Shown one piece after another: positions 1 through 9,648 of a stretch of DNA of 64,000 nucleotides. Source of the stretch: Bacteroidota bacterium (lineage in GTDB: Bacteria > Bacteroidota > Ignavibacteria > Kapaibacteriales > UBA2268); the NCBI GenBank assembly GCA_022707965.1, contig JAKIZO010000004.1:7157-71156 (forward strand), in the 5' to 3' direction. The notes beneath the pieces are model-generated. The model was not told the DNA's origin. It saw only the letters and a program-made list of their open reading frames with translations, and did not search any database. A program made the position numbers and the translations under genes. Numbering within the stretch: the first letter of the stretch is position 1; each line of letters starts with the position of its first letter.

Positions 1-755
1 GTAGCGAAATGCTTATCGCAAAACGAATTCAGAAAGAATTGCTTCCGCAAAATCTTCCTGAATTCTCAAAATTTCAGCTTGCGGCTTATTCGTCTCCTGC
101 CGAGGAAGTCGGTGGCGACTATTATGATGTTGCACGCTTTGCAGATGGCACTCCTTGCGTTCTTGTTGGCGATGTCTCTGGAAAAGGTATGAGTGCTGCT
201 TTTTATATGGCTCAACTCAAAGGTGCTGTTCATTCTGTTGCTCCTCAGGTGCAATCACCCAAAGAGCTTTTGATTAAACTCAATAGTATTCTCTTTGGAT
301 TGATGGACAAGCAAAGCTATATCACCCTAAATTGCCTCAAACTCGACGAAATTAATAATTCTGTTTCTTTTGCTCGGGCGGGTCATCCTCCACTTTTCTG
401 GAAACATTCATCCAATGTCGATACAATTAAACCACAGGGATTAGGCATTGCTCTGGTTGGAAATGAATTATTCGCTAACTATATCGAGGAAGTAAATGTT
501 CAACTGACCGATTGTGATATCTTGTTGTTAATTACTGATGGTGTAAACGAAATTCGTAATTCATCAGGTGAAGAATTCGATTTTCAGCGAATATCTGATT
601 TCCTTGCTTCTCATAATTCTTCGGCTCAAAAATTGCTAAATCAATTTTTGCAAAATATCAATGACTTCAAAGGTGATGCACCTCAAATTGATGATTTAAC
701 TATTTTCGTTGTCTCATTTAGTAGTAATAAAAATAAGAGGTCAATAAATGAATAA
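1..755 (+). CDS. PP2C-type (SpoIIE/RsbU-family) serine phosphatase, C-terminal catalytic domain only; the 5' end lies outside the window
   Basis: The reading frame is open from base 3. The translation (LPQ..P....A..SSPAEEVGGDYYDV ... ITDGVNE) matches the conserved start and metal-binding motifs of SpoIIE/RsbU PP2C domains. It is followed by STAS and RsbW-like genes. Confidence 0.75.
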   Translation, partial: SEMLIAKRIQKELLPQNLPEFSKFQLAAYSSPAEEVGGDYYDVARFADGTPCVLVGDVSGKGMSAAFYMAQLKGAVHSVAPQVQSPKELLIKLNSILFGLMDKQSYITLNCLKLDEINNSVSFARAGHPPLFWKHSSNVDTIKPQGLGIALVGNELFANYIEEVNVQLTDCDILLLITDGVNEIRNSSGEEFDFQRISDFLASHNSSAQKLLNQFLQNINDFKGDAPQIDDLTIFVVSFSSNKNKRSINE

Positions 756-1104
756 CAGCAATTTCAAAATTGAAAAAAAGAAAATTGATGATTTAGCTGT
801 TCTATCAATTTCAGGTTATTTAGATGCTCATACCTCTCCTTTACTCGAACAGGAGTTAGAAAAATCTGTAAAAGATGGATGTTACAAAATAATAGTTAAT
901 TTTTCTGATTTGGATTATATTTCAAGTGCAGGTCTCGGGGTATTTATGGCGTTCATCGAGGACGTTCGCCAAAATGGTGGCGATATTAAACTAACAAATA
1001 TGAAAGAAAAAGTTTTCGCAGTTTTTGATTTGCTCGGTTTTCCATTGCTTTTCGATATTCTTAACGAAGAAGACGAGGCTATTACTAAATTTCAAGGAAA
1101 CTAA
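748..1104 (+). CDS. anti-sigma-factor antagonist (STAS domain, SpoIIAA/RsbV-like)
   Basis: 118 aa. The DLAVLSISGYLDAHTSPLLEQEL ... DLDYISSAGLGVF pattern (the serine in DYISSAG is the phosphorylatable site) is typical of STAS antagonists. It overlaps the upstream phosphatase by 8 nt. Confidence 0.75.
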   Translation: MNNSNFKIEKKKIDDLAVLSISGYLDAHTSPLLEQELEKSVKDGCYKIIVNFSDLDYISSAGLGVFMAFIEDVRQNGGDIKLTNMKEKVFAVFDLLGFPLLFDILNEEDEAITKFQGN

Positions 1105-1542
1105 ATGCTTCTGAGCGTTGAAAATAATAATTCCATCTGTATTAATGCTGATAGTTCCGAACTCGAACGAATTCGCAAATTTGTGCTGAATTTTGCAGAA
1201 AAATTTGGTTTCGACGATATTACATCTAACAAAATTGCTTTAGCCGTTGATGAAGTATGCACAAATCTTATCAAACATTCTTATAAATACGATAGTTCTC
1301 GTGAAATTTGCTTGCAAATTTCAACCGATGATAATCAATTCTCCATTCTCATTCTTGATGATGGTGCTTCGTTCAACCCAAGTTCTGATATTTCGTTAGA
1401 TATGAGAGATTATCTTGCTAATTTCCGTCGTGGTGGTTTGGGACTGCATATTATCAATCTTGTTATGGATAAAATTCAATATATTCCGCGTTCCGAAGAT
1501 TTTCCGAAAAACAAATTAATTCTAACAAAATATTTAAAATAA
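1105..1542 (+). CDS. anti-sigma regulatory factor / serine kinase (RsbW/SpoIIAB-like, HATPase_c)
   Basis: 145 aa. It has an N-box-like ALAVDEVCTNLIKHSY and a G-box RRGGLGLHII. It starts immediately after the STAS stop (TAAATG). Together with the two upstream genes it forms a classical partner-switching triad. Confidence 0.7.
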   Translation: MLLSVENNNSICINADSSELERIRKFVLNFAEKFGFDDITSNKIALAVDEVCTNLIKHSYKYDSSREICLQISTDDNQFSILILDDGASFNPSSDISLDMRDYLANFRRGGLGLHIINLVMDKIQYIPRSEDFPKNKLILTKYLK

Positions 1543-1637
1543 ATTTCTTTTTCAAAGTTTCCTTTTTGCTTTCACAAAAAACAAATATTTTTGTATTTCG
1601 TTAATTGTTTATTTTCTTAACAATTTAAGGATTTTTA

Positions 1638-4184
1638 ATGACTTCGAAAGAAATACGCAAATCATTTTTAGATTTTTTTGCTTCCAAAGCACATAAAATT
1701 GTTCCAAGTGCCCCTGTAATTCCTTATGGCGACCCGACCTTGCTTTTTACTAATGCAGGAATGAACCAGTTTAAAGACGTTTTTCTTGGGCAAGGCAGTC
1801 GCGATTATGCTCGTGCTGCTGACACACAAAAATGTATTCGTGTCAGTGGGAAGCACAACGACCTTGAAGAAGTTGGAGTAGATACCTATCACCATACTTT
1901 TTTCGAAATGCTTGGTAATTGGAGCTTTGGCGACTACTACAAAGAAGAAGCTATTGAATGGGCTTGGGAATTGCTCGTTAAAATCTGGGGACTTCCGCCC
2001 GACAGACTTCACGCCACTGTATTCCGTACTGACGACGAAGCTTATGAAATATGGAAAAAATATCTGCCAACAGAACGCATACATCGTTTCGATGAAAAAG
2101 ACAATTTCTGGGAAATGGGGGAGACCGGTCCCTGCGGTCCTTGTAGCGAAATTCATTTCGACCGCACCCCCGACAAAAACGGTGCTAAGCTTGTCAATGC
2201 AGGTTCGCCAGATGTTATTGAAATTTGGAACTTAGTATTTATTCAATATAACCGTCTAATCGATGGTACTTTGCAGCCACTCTCAAAAAAACACGTTGAT
2301 ACAGGTATGGGGTTTGAACGTATTTGTGCCGTTCTTCAAGGTAAAAATTCAAATTATGATACAGATGTCTTTACTCCAATAATCTCAAAATTAGAAGAAC
2401 TATCGAACAAAAAGTATTCAACAGATTTATCTCACAAAGATGGGATTGCGATGCGTGTCATCGCAGACCATTTGCGGGCTTTGTCCTTTGCTATAGCTGA
2501 TGGTGCATTCCCAGGTAACGAAGGGCGTGGATACGTTTTACGTCGATTGCTGCGTCGTGCTGCCCGTTTTGCACGCGAACTTGGATTTAAAGAACCTGTT
2601 ATTTATAAGCTTCTGCCAACTTTAATTGATATTATGGGTGATGTTTTCCCCGAACTTATTACTCACAAAAATACAATCGAAAGAGTTCTTCGAGCTGAGG
2701 AAGAAAGTTTTCTCCAAACACTTGAACGTGGTCTTGAAAAGTTCGAGGAAATCAAAAACGAACTTATTAAAACAAATTCTAAAGTTATTCCCGGCGAACA
2801 AGCTTTTCTCCTTTATGATACTTATGGTTTCCCGCTCGATTTGACTGAATTGCTTGCTCGTGAAAATTCACTTTCTGTCGATACCAACGATTTTAATCAA
2901 AAGATGGCAGAACAGCGTGAACGTAGCCGTGCTTCCCGCAAAGTCCATAATTACGAAAATGAACTTCCATCATTGGTTTTTCAAACTACTTTTGTTGGTT
3001 ATTCCCATTTTGAAGTGCAATCCAAAGTCCTATATGCTAAAGATAATTATTTAGTTTTGGAGCAGACACCTTTCTATGCTGAAAGTGGTGGGCAGGTTTC
3101 CGATATTGGCGAAATTGTCCTTGCAGGAGAAATTTATCAAGTTCTTGATGTTAAAAAATCAAATAGTGCAATTATACATATAACCGATAGGGAAGTTGAA
3201 CCGCTTGTAGGTGAAATTGCTCTTGCACGTGTTTCTCGAACACGTCGTTTGAAAACTATGCGAAATCATTCTGCTACTCATCTTATGCACGAAGCTTTGC
3301 GTAAGGTGCTTGGCGAACACGTTCAGCAAGCAGGTTCCCTTGTTTCGCCCGATTATTTGCGTTTCGACTTCAATCACTTCGAAAAAGTAACCGACGAACA
3401 AATTAAACAAATTGAGGAAATTGTAAATAGTAAAATTTATGAGCAAATTCCCGTAGAAGAACATATTCTTTCACTTGATGAAGCTAAGAACAACCCTAAT
3501 ATTAAGATGTTTTTCGGTGATAAATATGGCGATACTGTTCGATTGATTGTTATGGACAATAAGTTTTCGCTTGAACTTTGTGGCGGTACTCACGTTCGTA
3601 ATACTGCTGAAATCGGCATTTTCAAAATAATATCCGAGAGTTCAATCGCGTCTGGTGTTCGCCGAATTGAAGCAATAACAGGAGATGCAGTTTATCGCTA
3701 TATTTGTCAGCTCCATAATACTATTGCTTCGAAAGATGATGAAATCGCTCGTCTTAAAGAAAGTAATTTACATCTCGAAAAGCAAATCAGTCAATTAAAA
3801 CTGCAAAATTTGTATTCATCTATTCCCGAATTGATTACAAACGCTATCAAAATTGGCGATATTTCTGTATTAATTCATCAAAGTGAGTTGAATAATATCG
3901 ATGAGCTTCGGCTTTTTGCTGAAAAGATAAGAGACACATTCGGCAAAAACGGAATTTCTCTAATTATCTCCGAACAACAAGATAAAATAACTCTTGTTTG
4001 CTCTGTAACAGATGACTTAAAAGGTAAAATGCCCGCAGGCAAACTTGTTGGAGATGCCGCGCGGATACTTGGCGGGGGCGGTGGTGGCAAACCTCATCTT
4101 GCAACTGCTGGTGGCAAAGATATTTCAAAGCTCCCCGAGCTCGTTAATGGTGGATTTATTGAAATTGTAAATAAGTATTTATAG
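1638..4184 (+). CDS. alaS: alanine--tRNA ligase
   Basis: 848 aa. N-terminal class II core (FTNAGMNQFKDVFLG, HHTFFEMLGNWSFGDYYK), editing-domain HxxxH (HSATHLMHEAL) and a C-terminal DHHA1 domain with GGGGGGKPHLATAGG. There is an AAGGA SD 8 nt upstream. Confidence 0.95.
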   Translation: MTSKEIRKSFLDFFASKAHKIVPSAPVIPYGDPTLLFTNAGMNQFKDVFLGQGSRDYARAADTQKCIRVSGKHNDLEEVGVDTYHHTFFEMLGNWSFGDYYKEEAIEWAWELLVKIWGLPPDRLHATVFRTDDEAYEIWKKYLPTERIHRFDEKDNFWEMGETGPCGPCSEIHFDRTPDKNGAKLVNAGSPDVIEIWNLVFIQYNRLIDGTLQPLSKKHVDTGMGFERICAVLQGKNSNYDTDVFTPIISKLEELSNKKYSTDLSHKDGIAMRVIADHLRALSFAIADGAFPGNEGRGYVLRRLLRRAARFARELGFKEPVIYKLLPTLIDIMGDVFPELITHKNTIERVLRAEEESFLQTLERGLEKFEEIKNELIKTNSKVIPGEQAFLLYDTYGFPLDLTELLARENSLSVDTNDFNQKMAEQRERSRASRKVHNYENELPSLVFQTTFVGYSHFEVQSKVLYAKDNYLVLEQTPFYAESGGQVSDIGEIVLAGEIYQVLDVKKSNSAIIHITDREVEPLVGEIALARVSRTRRLKTMRNHSATHLMHEALRKVLGEHVQQAGSLVSPDYLRFDFNHFEKVTDEQIKQIEEIVNSKIYEQIPVEEHILSLDEAKNNPNIKMFFGDKYGDTVRLIVMDNKFSLELCGGTHVRNTAEIGIFKIISESSIASGVRRIEAITGDAVYRYICQLHNTIASKDDEIARLKESNLHLEKQISQLKLQNLYSSIPELITNAIKIGDISVLIHQSELNNIDELRLFAEKIRDTFGKNGISLIISEQQDKITLVCSVTDDLKGKMPAGKLVGDAARILGGGGGGKPHLATAGGKDISKLPELVNGGFIEIVNKYL

Positions 4185-4270
4185 CAATCAAGAGCTTTAT
4201 TAAAAATCATTATTTTAGAACTAATACAGTTTTAATCCATATACCTGCCTAATAATCACTTGCGACATAT

Positions 4271-4304
4271 CCTTCGGAAGGTTTCAAACCTTCCGAAGGT
4301 TTAT
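4271..4304 (+). terminator. rho-independent terminator hairpin downstream of alaS (stem CCTTCGGAAGG / CCTTCCGAAGG, loop TTTCAAA, then TTTAT)
   Basis: Perfect 11-bp inverted repeat at 4271-4281 and 4289-4299, followed by a T-run. It lies between the convergent alaS and the RRM gene. Confidence 0.55.
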
Positions 4305-4365
4305 ATTAATAATAATGATTACTTTCTTGCGTTTTTTGTGTATAAATCTCTGATTTATTAAACAA

Positions 4366-4392
4366 AAAGACTGTCCTTTTGAGACAGCCTTT
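4366..4392 (-). terminator. terminator hairpin for the minus-strand RRM gene (AAAGACTGTC / GACAGCCTTT, 1 mismatch, loop CTTTTGA)
   Basis: 10-bp imperfect inverted repeat. On the minus strand it is followed by CTTTTTGTT. Confidence 0.45.
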
Positions 4393-4431
4393 CTTAAAGA
4401 AGCAATTTATTGTAAAATCAAAATTTACAAA

Positions 4432-4725
4432 TTAATAGCGGTGGTTTCCATTGAATCTTCTTTCCATTGGACGAGCATCTTCGCGTCTTTCTTTTGCTTC
4501 ATTAACTTTAATTGTTCTGCCACCGAATTCGATTCCGTTCAAAGCTTCGATAGCTGCATTGCCATCTGCTTCATCCATTTCAACAAAACCGAACCCTTTG
4601 GGTCTGCCTGTTACACGGTCGCGAATCAATTTTACATTATGGACATCGCCATACTGGGAAAACAAGGTTGAAAGTTCCTCTTCTGTGGTTTGAAACTTGA
4701 GGTTTCCAACATAAATCGTAATCAT
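4432..4725 (-). CDS. RNA-binding protein with a single RRM domain (RNP-2 IYVGNL, RNP-1 KGFGFVEM)
   Basis: 97 aa. It carries canonical RNP-1 and RNP-2 motifs and a Gly/Arg-rich tail. Confidence 0.85.
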   Translation of the reverse strand: MITIYVGNLKFQTTEEELSTLFSQYGDVHNVKLIRDRVTGRPKGFGFVEMDEADGNAAIEALNGIEFGGRTIKVNEAKERREDARPMERRFNGNHRY

Positions 4726-4879
4726 AAAAAAACTCCAAAAAACAAAAAAATTAGTTAAAACTTAGTTCTGAGAAAACTCAACAAGATGATTAAATATTTC
4801 GATTTAACTCTTGATTGGATTTCTATCAAAACCTAATAACAAATATATGCTTATTATTTTACATAAACAAACAAAATTA

Positions 4880-5566
4880 TTAAATAATCTGTCCATCTTT
4901 CATTTTGAGAACTACATCAGAAATAGAAGCAATGTCAGAACTATGTGTTGCAATAATAAAAGTAGTAGAAAACTCAGTTTGTATTTGCTTTACCAAATTA
5001 ACGAAAGCCATAGCATTTTTAGCATCTAAATTTCCCGTAGGTTCATCTGCAAGCACAATTTCTGGCTTATTTATCAATGCACGTGCAATTGCAACTCGCT
5101 GCTGTTCCCCGCCACTTAGTTCCATAGGTTTGTTGTTGATTTTATCAGCAACGCCTGTCAGATCGAGCAATCTCATTGCTTCTTTTTTTGCTTCGTTTGG
5201 TTTGCTCCCTGAAATAAGTTTTGGGAGCATAACATTTTCAAGTGCAGTAAATTCAGGTAGCAAATAATGAAACTGGAATACAAATCCAATTTTTCTATTT
5301 CGAAAAATATCTAACTCATTACGTGTAAATTGAGACAATTTTCGTGGTATATTATCAATGTTGTATATTATTTCACCGCTATCTGGTTCGTCAAGAGTGC
5401 CAATTATATGTAGTAAAGTGCTTTTCCCAACACCTGATGGTCCCACCAAAGCAATAATTTTTGAACGTTCAATTGATGTGGAAACACCTTTCAGAACAAC
5501 ATTCTTCTCTTTTTTGTTATTTGAGTAACTTTTTGTAATGTTGTTTATTTCAATTATCACACTCAT
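4880..5566 (-). CDS. ABC transporter ATP-binding protein, LolD/MacB-type
   Basis: 228 aa. Walker A GPSGVGKST, signature LSGGEQQRVAIARAL, Walker B IVLADEPTGNLD. The start ATG overlaps the pheT stop (TAATG). Confidence 0.8.
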   Translation of the reverse strand: MSVIIEINNITKSYSNNKKEKNVVLKGVSTSIERSKIIALVGPSGVGKSTLLHIIGTLDEPDSGEIIYNIDNIPRKLSQFTRNELDIFRNRKIGFVFQFHYLLPEFTALENVMLPKLISGSKPNEAKKEAMRLLDLTGVADKINNKPMELSGGEQQRVAIARALINKPEIVLADEPTGNLDAKNAMAFVNLVKQIQTEFSTTFIIATHSSDIASISDVVLKMKDGQII

Positions 5567-7977
5567 TACATTTTTCGCAATTGTGCATTGAATTTGCTCT
5601 CTACTGCTTTAATAATTTGGTTTATTGTGCTATCTACTTCTTCATCAGTTAACGTTCGTTCCGATGATGAAAAAATAAGGCTAAATGCAAGGCTTTTCTT
5701 ACCTTCCGGAATATTTTTACCTGCATAAACATCGAAAATTAAAACGTTCGATAGTAATTTCCCACCATTTGAGCGAATTTCATCTAATAAACTTTTAGCC
5801 TCAGTGCTTTCATCAACAATGAATGCCAAATCTCTATCAACAGTTGGAAATGGACTTACGGGTTCATACTTGTTCTCAACTGTTTTGTAATGAGTAATCT
5901 GCGAAAAATCAATTTCTGCAAGCAACACATCTTCTTCAATATCATAATTTTTGAGTATACCTCTATTCACATATCCACAATAACCAATTGTATAATTATC
6001 CAATTCGATTTTAAGAGAATTAGGTGAATATATGCCATCACTATCTATTTTGGAGAAACTGATAGGCAGGCGAAGAAAATCAGCAAAATCTTCAACAAAT
6101 CCTTTTAAATCATAGAAATCAAATGGACGCTCTTTCTCGCTCCATTGTTTTGGGAATGTTTTCCCGATAAGGCTAATGGCAAGAATTTCTCTTTCTTCGT
6201 ATCCTGGCAGAAGTGCCTTGTTATCATCAGTATGCTTGAAAATTTTCCCAATTTCAAAAATTTTCAGATTAGTATTTCCGTACCTGATATTCAAATTAAT
6301 TGTTTTCAAAATTGATGGCACAATTGATGGTCTCATAATCGATAATTCCTCGCCAAGTGGATTTGCTATTTTGACGGGATTCGAAGTGAATATCTCAGCT
6401 GAACGTGTGTCTACCATATTCTGTGTAAGTATCTCAGTAAATCCATTCGAAACAATAAAATGGCGGATTTTGTTTTTTAGAGGTGAGATTTGCAAATTAT
6501 CATCGACAATACTTTCGCTAAAAGTTATAGAAGAAACATAATTCGGTTCGATATTATCATAATTATAGAAGCGAGCAACCTCTTCAATTAAATCAATTTC
6601 TTCAAAAATATCATTTCTTCGGTGCGGAATTCTGTATTTTACATATTCACTCGTTTGTTCTATTTTTTCAAAACCAAGATTTTCAAATACTTGAAGCATA
6701 AAATCATTCGAAATATCACAACCAATTATCTTTCGAGCACGTTCAAAACGCAAAGCAATTTCCTTCAATTTTACAGGTTCAGGATAAACGTCTATTTCCG
6801 AACCTACAATTTCACCGCCACAAAGTTCGGCTATTAGCACGGCAGCTCTATTTAATGCTGGAATGACGTTCTCAATATCAACTCCACGTTCAAATCTATA
6901 TGATGAATCACTGGATAATCCTAATTTCTTTGATGTTTTGCGAATAAGTGAGGGATTAAAATATGCAGATTCTAATAAAATATCAGTTGTGTCATCTGTG
7001 ATTTCTGAATTTTCTCCACCCATTACACCACCTAAAGCAATCGGTTTTTTCTCATCAGCAATCACTATCATATAATCATCAAGAATGCGGGTTTTGCCAT
7101 CAAGAGTAACAAACGCTTCCTCTTTCTTTGCTTTTCGGACTATGATTTTATTCCCTTCGATTTTGTTATAATCAAAAGCGTGAAGTGGCTGCCCCATTTC
7201 ATACAGGACGTAGTTTGTAACGTCAACTGCTGCATTAATCGGACGTATTCCAAGCTTAGTTAGAGCATTTCGCAACCAATTCGGTGATGGTTGGATTTTA
7301 ACATTTTTAATTATGCGAGCAGAATATCTTGGGCAAATACTTGCGTCTTCGATAGTAATACTTGCGTAATTTTCCGAATTTTCATTATTTGAAATAACTT
7401 TAATTTCTGGATAACGAAACTTTTTGTTCAATTTAGCAGCAATTTCTCTTGCAATTCCAAGATGACTTAGGCAATCTGCTTTATTTGGTGTAATCCCAAT
7501 TTCCAATACAACATCGTCCAATCCATAATACTTTGCGAATTCCATTCCGACTGGTGCATCTTCGGGAAGCACCCAAATACCTGAGCTTTCTTCCCCTAAA
7601 TCTAACTCAACCTGACTGCATATCATTCCAAACGAAACTACATCACGAATTTTCCTTTTTTCGAGTTTGAAACCACCATTTGGGACAACTGCTCCAATGG
7701 TTCCGAACACTACTTTCTGACCTTTTCTCACATTTGGTGCCCCGCACACAACTTGAACAGTATCACCGCCAAAATTTACCTGACAAACTGATAATTTATC
7801 AGCATTAGGATGCTTTTCGCATTCAGTTACTTCCGCAACGTAAAATCCCGTATATTTTTTATTGTAATCAACGATACTTTCAACTTCCAAACCTAACATT
7901 GTCAAGGTATTATCAAGTTCTTCAATTGACATTTCAAAATCAACGAATTCACGAATTTTCTTTAATGATACTAACAT
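5566..7977 (-). CDS. pheT: phenylalanine--tRNA ligase beta subunit
   Basis: 803 aa. N-terminal tRNA-binding (OB) domain (EVTECEKHPNADKLSVCQVNFGG), B3/B4 and B5 domains (DVTNYVLYEMGQPLHAFD) and a C-terminal FDX-ACB domain. No pheS is adjacent. Confidence 0.95.
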   Translation of the reverse strand: MLVSLKKIREFVDFEMSIEELDNTLTMLGLEVESIVDYNKKYTGFYVAEVTECEKHPNADKLSVCQVNFGGDTVQVVCGAPNVRKGQKVVFGTIGAVVPNGGFKLEKRKIRDVVSFGMICSQVELDLGEESSGIWVLPEDAPVGMEFAKYYGLDDVVLEIGITPNKADCLSHLGIAREIAAKLNKKFRYPEIKVISNNENSENYASITIEDASICPRYSARIIKNVKIQPSPNWLRNALTKLGIRPINAAVDVTNYVLYEMGQPLHAFDYNKIEGNKIIVRKAKKEEAFVTLDGKTRILDDYMIVIADEKKPIALGGVMGGENSEITDDTTDILLESAYFNPSLIRKTSKKLGLSSDSSYRFERGVDIENVIPALNRAAVLIAELCGGEIVGSEIDVYPEPVKLKEIALRFERARKIIGCDISNDFMLQVFENLGFEKIEQTSEYVKYRIPHRRNDIFEEIDLIEEVARFYNYDNIEPNYVSSITFSESIVDDNLQISPLKNKIRHFIVSNGFTEILTQNMVDTRSAEIFTSNPVKIANPLGEELSIMRPSIVPSILKTINLNIRYGNTNLKIFEIGKIFKHTDDNKALLPGYEEREILAISLIGKTFPKQWSEKERPFDFYDLKGFVEDFADFLRLPISFSKIDSDGIYSPNSLKIELDNYTIGYCGYVNRGILKNYDIEEDVLLAEIDFSQITHYKTVENKYEPVSPFPTVDRDLAFIVDESTEAKSLLDEIRSNGGKLLSNVLIFDVYAGKNIPEGKKSLAFSLIFSSSERTLTDEEVDSTINQIIKAVESKFNAQLRKM

Positions 7978-8054
7978 ACAGATTAATATAATGAATAATT
8001 AGACTTACTATTTAAACTTTGCAATATAATATATTGGCAAGAGAAATAAAAATA

Positions 8055-8628
8055 TTAGTTGTAATATCGAGCTTTAAGAACGCTCCAAGAGGGGTAAATA
8101 GCGTCGCTTGAAGCTTGAAAGTCCGTCCAGCGAACTATTTTATAAGTTCCATCAGTAGATTGTGAGATGGTCAGCAGAATTTTGCCGTTATACTTTTCTA
8201 AATTCAGAGTTTGAACAACGGGCAAATTGATTTCATAATTAGCAGTAAAAATAATTGAATCGGGTGAAGTATATTGATATTGTGCCTTTTCAAAATATAG
8301 AGAAATAGTGTTATCTGTACTAACAGATGTAATTATTGACTTAAAACTTCTTTGTTCATCAGCAAAAGACCAATATTGAAAGATTGATTGATATGTTGCA
8401 AAAGCATCCTGTGCTGGAATAAAGTTGAATTTACCTTCGCCCACAAAGCAATCAGAATAATTTTGCAAACGCTTGTATTTAAAAGAATTTACAAAGTTTT
8501 GCACTAATAATTCGGGACTTGTTGCCGGCAGAAAAACCACAGGGCTTTGGTCGGGCTCTTCGGGGGTACGTGTTTCGAAAATGCCACAAGAATATAGAAA
8601 GCAAAGTAATATAAGAATATAGCGTTTC
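8055..8628 (-). CDS. hypothetical lipoprotein; probable TTG start overlapping the recR stop; product M/LKRYILILLCFLYSCG...
   Basis: Signal peptide with an LYSC-G lipobox. The tracker's ATG (8681) would overlap recR by 55 nt. The TTG at 8626-8628 shares 2 nt with the recR TGA and gives a typical lipoprotein N-terminus. No recognisable family. Confidence 0.5.
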
Positions 8629-9220
8629 AAAGTGCAATTCGCCCTTCTAATGCACGCGAAAGTGTCGCCTCGTCGGTCCATTCGAGCGAAGAACCAACAG
8701 GCAATCCGCTTGCAATTCGTGTAACTCTAATGTTCAATGGTTTTATCAGCTTTGCAATGTATTGCGATGTAACTTCGCCCTCCACTGATGGACTTAATGC
8801 AAGAATTACTTCTTCCGCCGAAGGAACTCTTTCAATGAGCTCCTTGATTTTTAAATCTGAGGCATTCACTCCACCAATTGGATTAATTAGCCCGTGCAGA
8901 ACGTGATATACACCTCTGAATTCGTTAGTTTTCTCAATAGCAAACACATCTTTTGGTTCTTCTACAACGCAAATTATCTTGGAGTTTCTTGCATTTGATG
9001 CACAAATTGGACAAATATCGTCGTCAGAATAATTATAGCAAGATTTACATAATTTTACATTGCTTTTCAAATTGCTCAATGCAACAATAAACTCTTCAAT
9101 ATAATCAGGATTTTGTCGTAAAAGAAAATACACCAGCCTTTGTGCGGATTTCCTGCCAATCGAAGGAAGTTTAGCAAATGTGGCTATGGCTTTTTCTATT
9201 GTCTGTGAGGTCGAAATCAT
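8627..9220 (-). CDS. recR: recombination protein RecR
   Basis: 197 aa. HhH motif (LPSIGRKSAQRL), C4 zinc finger (CKSCYNYS...CPIC) and Toprim domain (IICVVEEPKDVFAIEK). It overlaps ybaB by 4 nt. Confidence 0.95.
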   Translation of the reverse strand: MISTSQTIEKAIATFAKLPSIGRKSAQRLVYFLLRQNPDYIEEFIVALSNLKSNVKLCKSCYNYSDDDICPICASNARNSKIICVVEEPKDVFAIEKTNEFRGVYHVLHGLINPIGGVNASDLKIKELIERVPSAEEVILALSPSVEGEVTSQYIAKLIKPLNIRVTRIASGLPVGSSLEWTDEATLSRALEGRIAL

Positions 9221-9543
9221 AAGCCTAAATTAAATCCCGGGATATTTGGAAGCATACCAGTGGCTTTGTTCATTTCTGCCGCTGCTAATTCTGCGGCTTT
9301 CTCGCTTGCAATATTGATTGCTGCAACAATTAAATCTTCCAATATTTCGACTTCGTCAGGATTTACTAATTCTTTCGCTATTTTAACAGAAATAACTTTG
9401 TTTGCACCATTCATCGTTACGCTTACCATTCCACCGCCACTTTCGCCTGTAACAGTTTTATTGGCAAGCTCATTTTTGATTTTTTGAATTTCTTCCTGTA
9501 TTTTTTGTGCTTGTCCAAGCAACGATTGCAAGTCAAATTTCAT
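9217..9543 (-). CDS. ybaB: nucleoid-associated protein YbaB/EbfC
   Basis: 108 aa. Family hallmarks LLGQAQKIQEEIQK ... GESGGGMVSVTMNGANKV. It sits in the conserved ybaB-recR arrangement. Confidence 0.9.
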   Translation of the reverse strand: MKFDLQSLLGQAQKIQEEIQKIKNELANKTVTGESGGGMVSVTMNGANKVISVKIAKELVNPDEVEILEDLIVAAINIASEKAAELAAAEMNKATGMLPNIPGFNLGL

Positions 9544-9648
9544 TTTTTCACCCAGTTATTTTTTCAAATATAACATTTTTTAGTTTAATACGTATTAAAT
9601 AATGATTTATTAACGTCTTTATTTCACAACATTATTCAAGAGGTAAAA

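Noticed and set aside
1543-1637. Possible T-box leader upstream of alaS
   Set aside because: The 95-nt spacer is too short for a T-box (typically >200 nt), and I found no specifier or T-box consensus. It is most likely just a promoter plus SD.
1668-3464. Multiple 60-160-aa ORFs inside or antisense to alaS (1668..2156 -, 1912..2235 +, 2626..2844 +, 2854..3054 +, 3159..3464 -)
   Set aside because: They lie entirely within the well-supported alaS frame, have low-complexity translations and no recognisable motifs. They are spurious shadow ORFs.
8055-8681. The tracker's ATG start (8681) for the lipoprotein ORF, overlapping recR by 55 nt
   Set aside because: The 55-nt overlap with recR is unlikely, and the extra N-terminal residues (MDRRGDTFACIRRANCT) precede a perfect lipoprotein signal. 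I prefer the TTG at 8626-8628, which overlaps only the recR stop.
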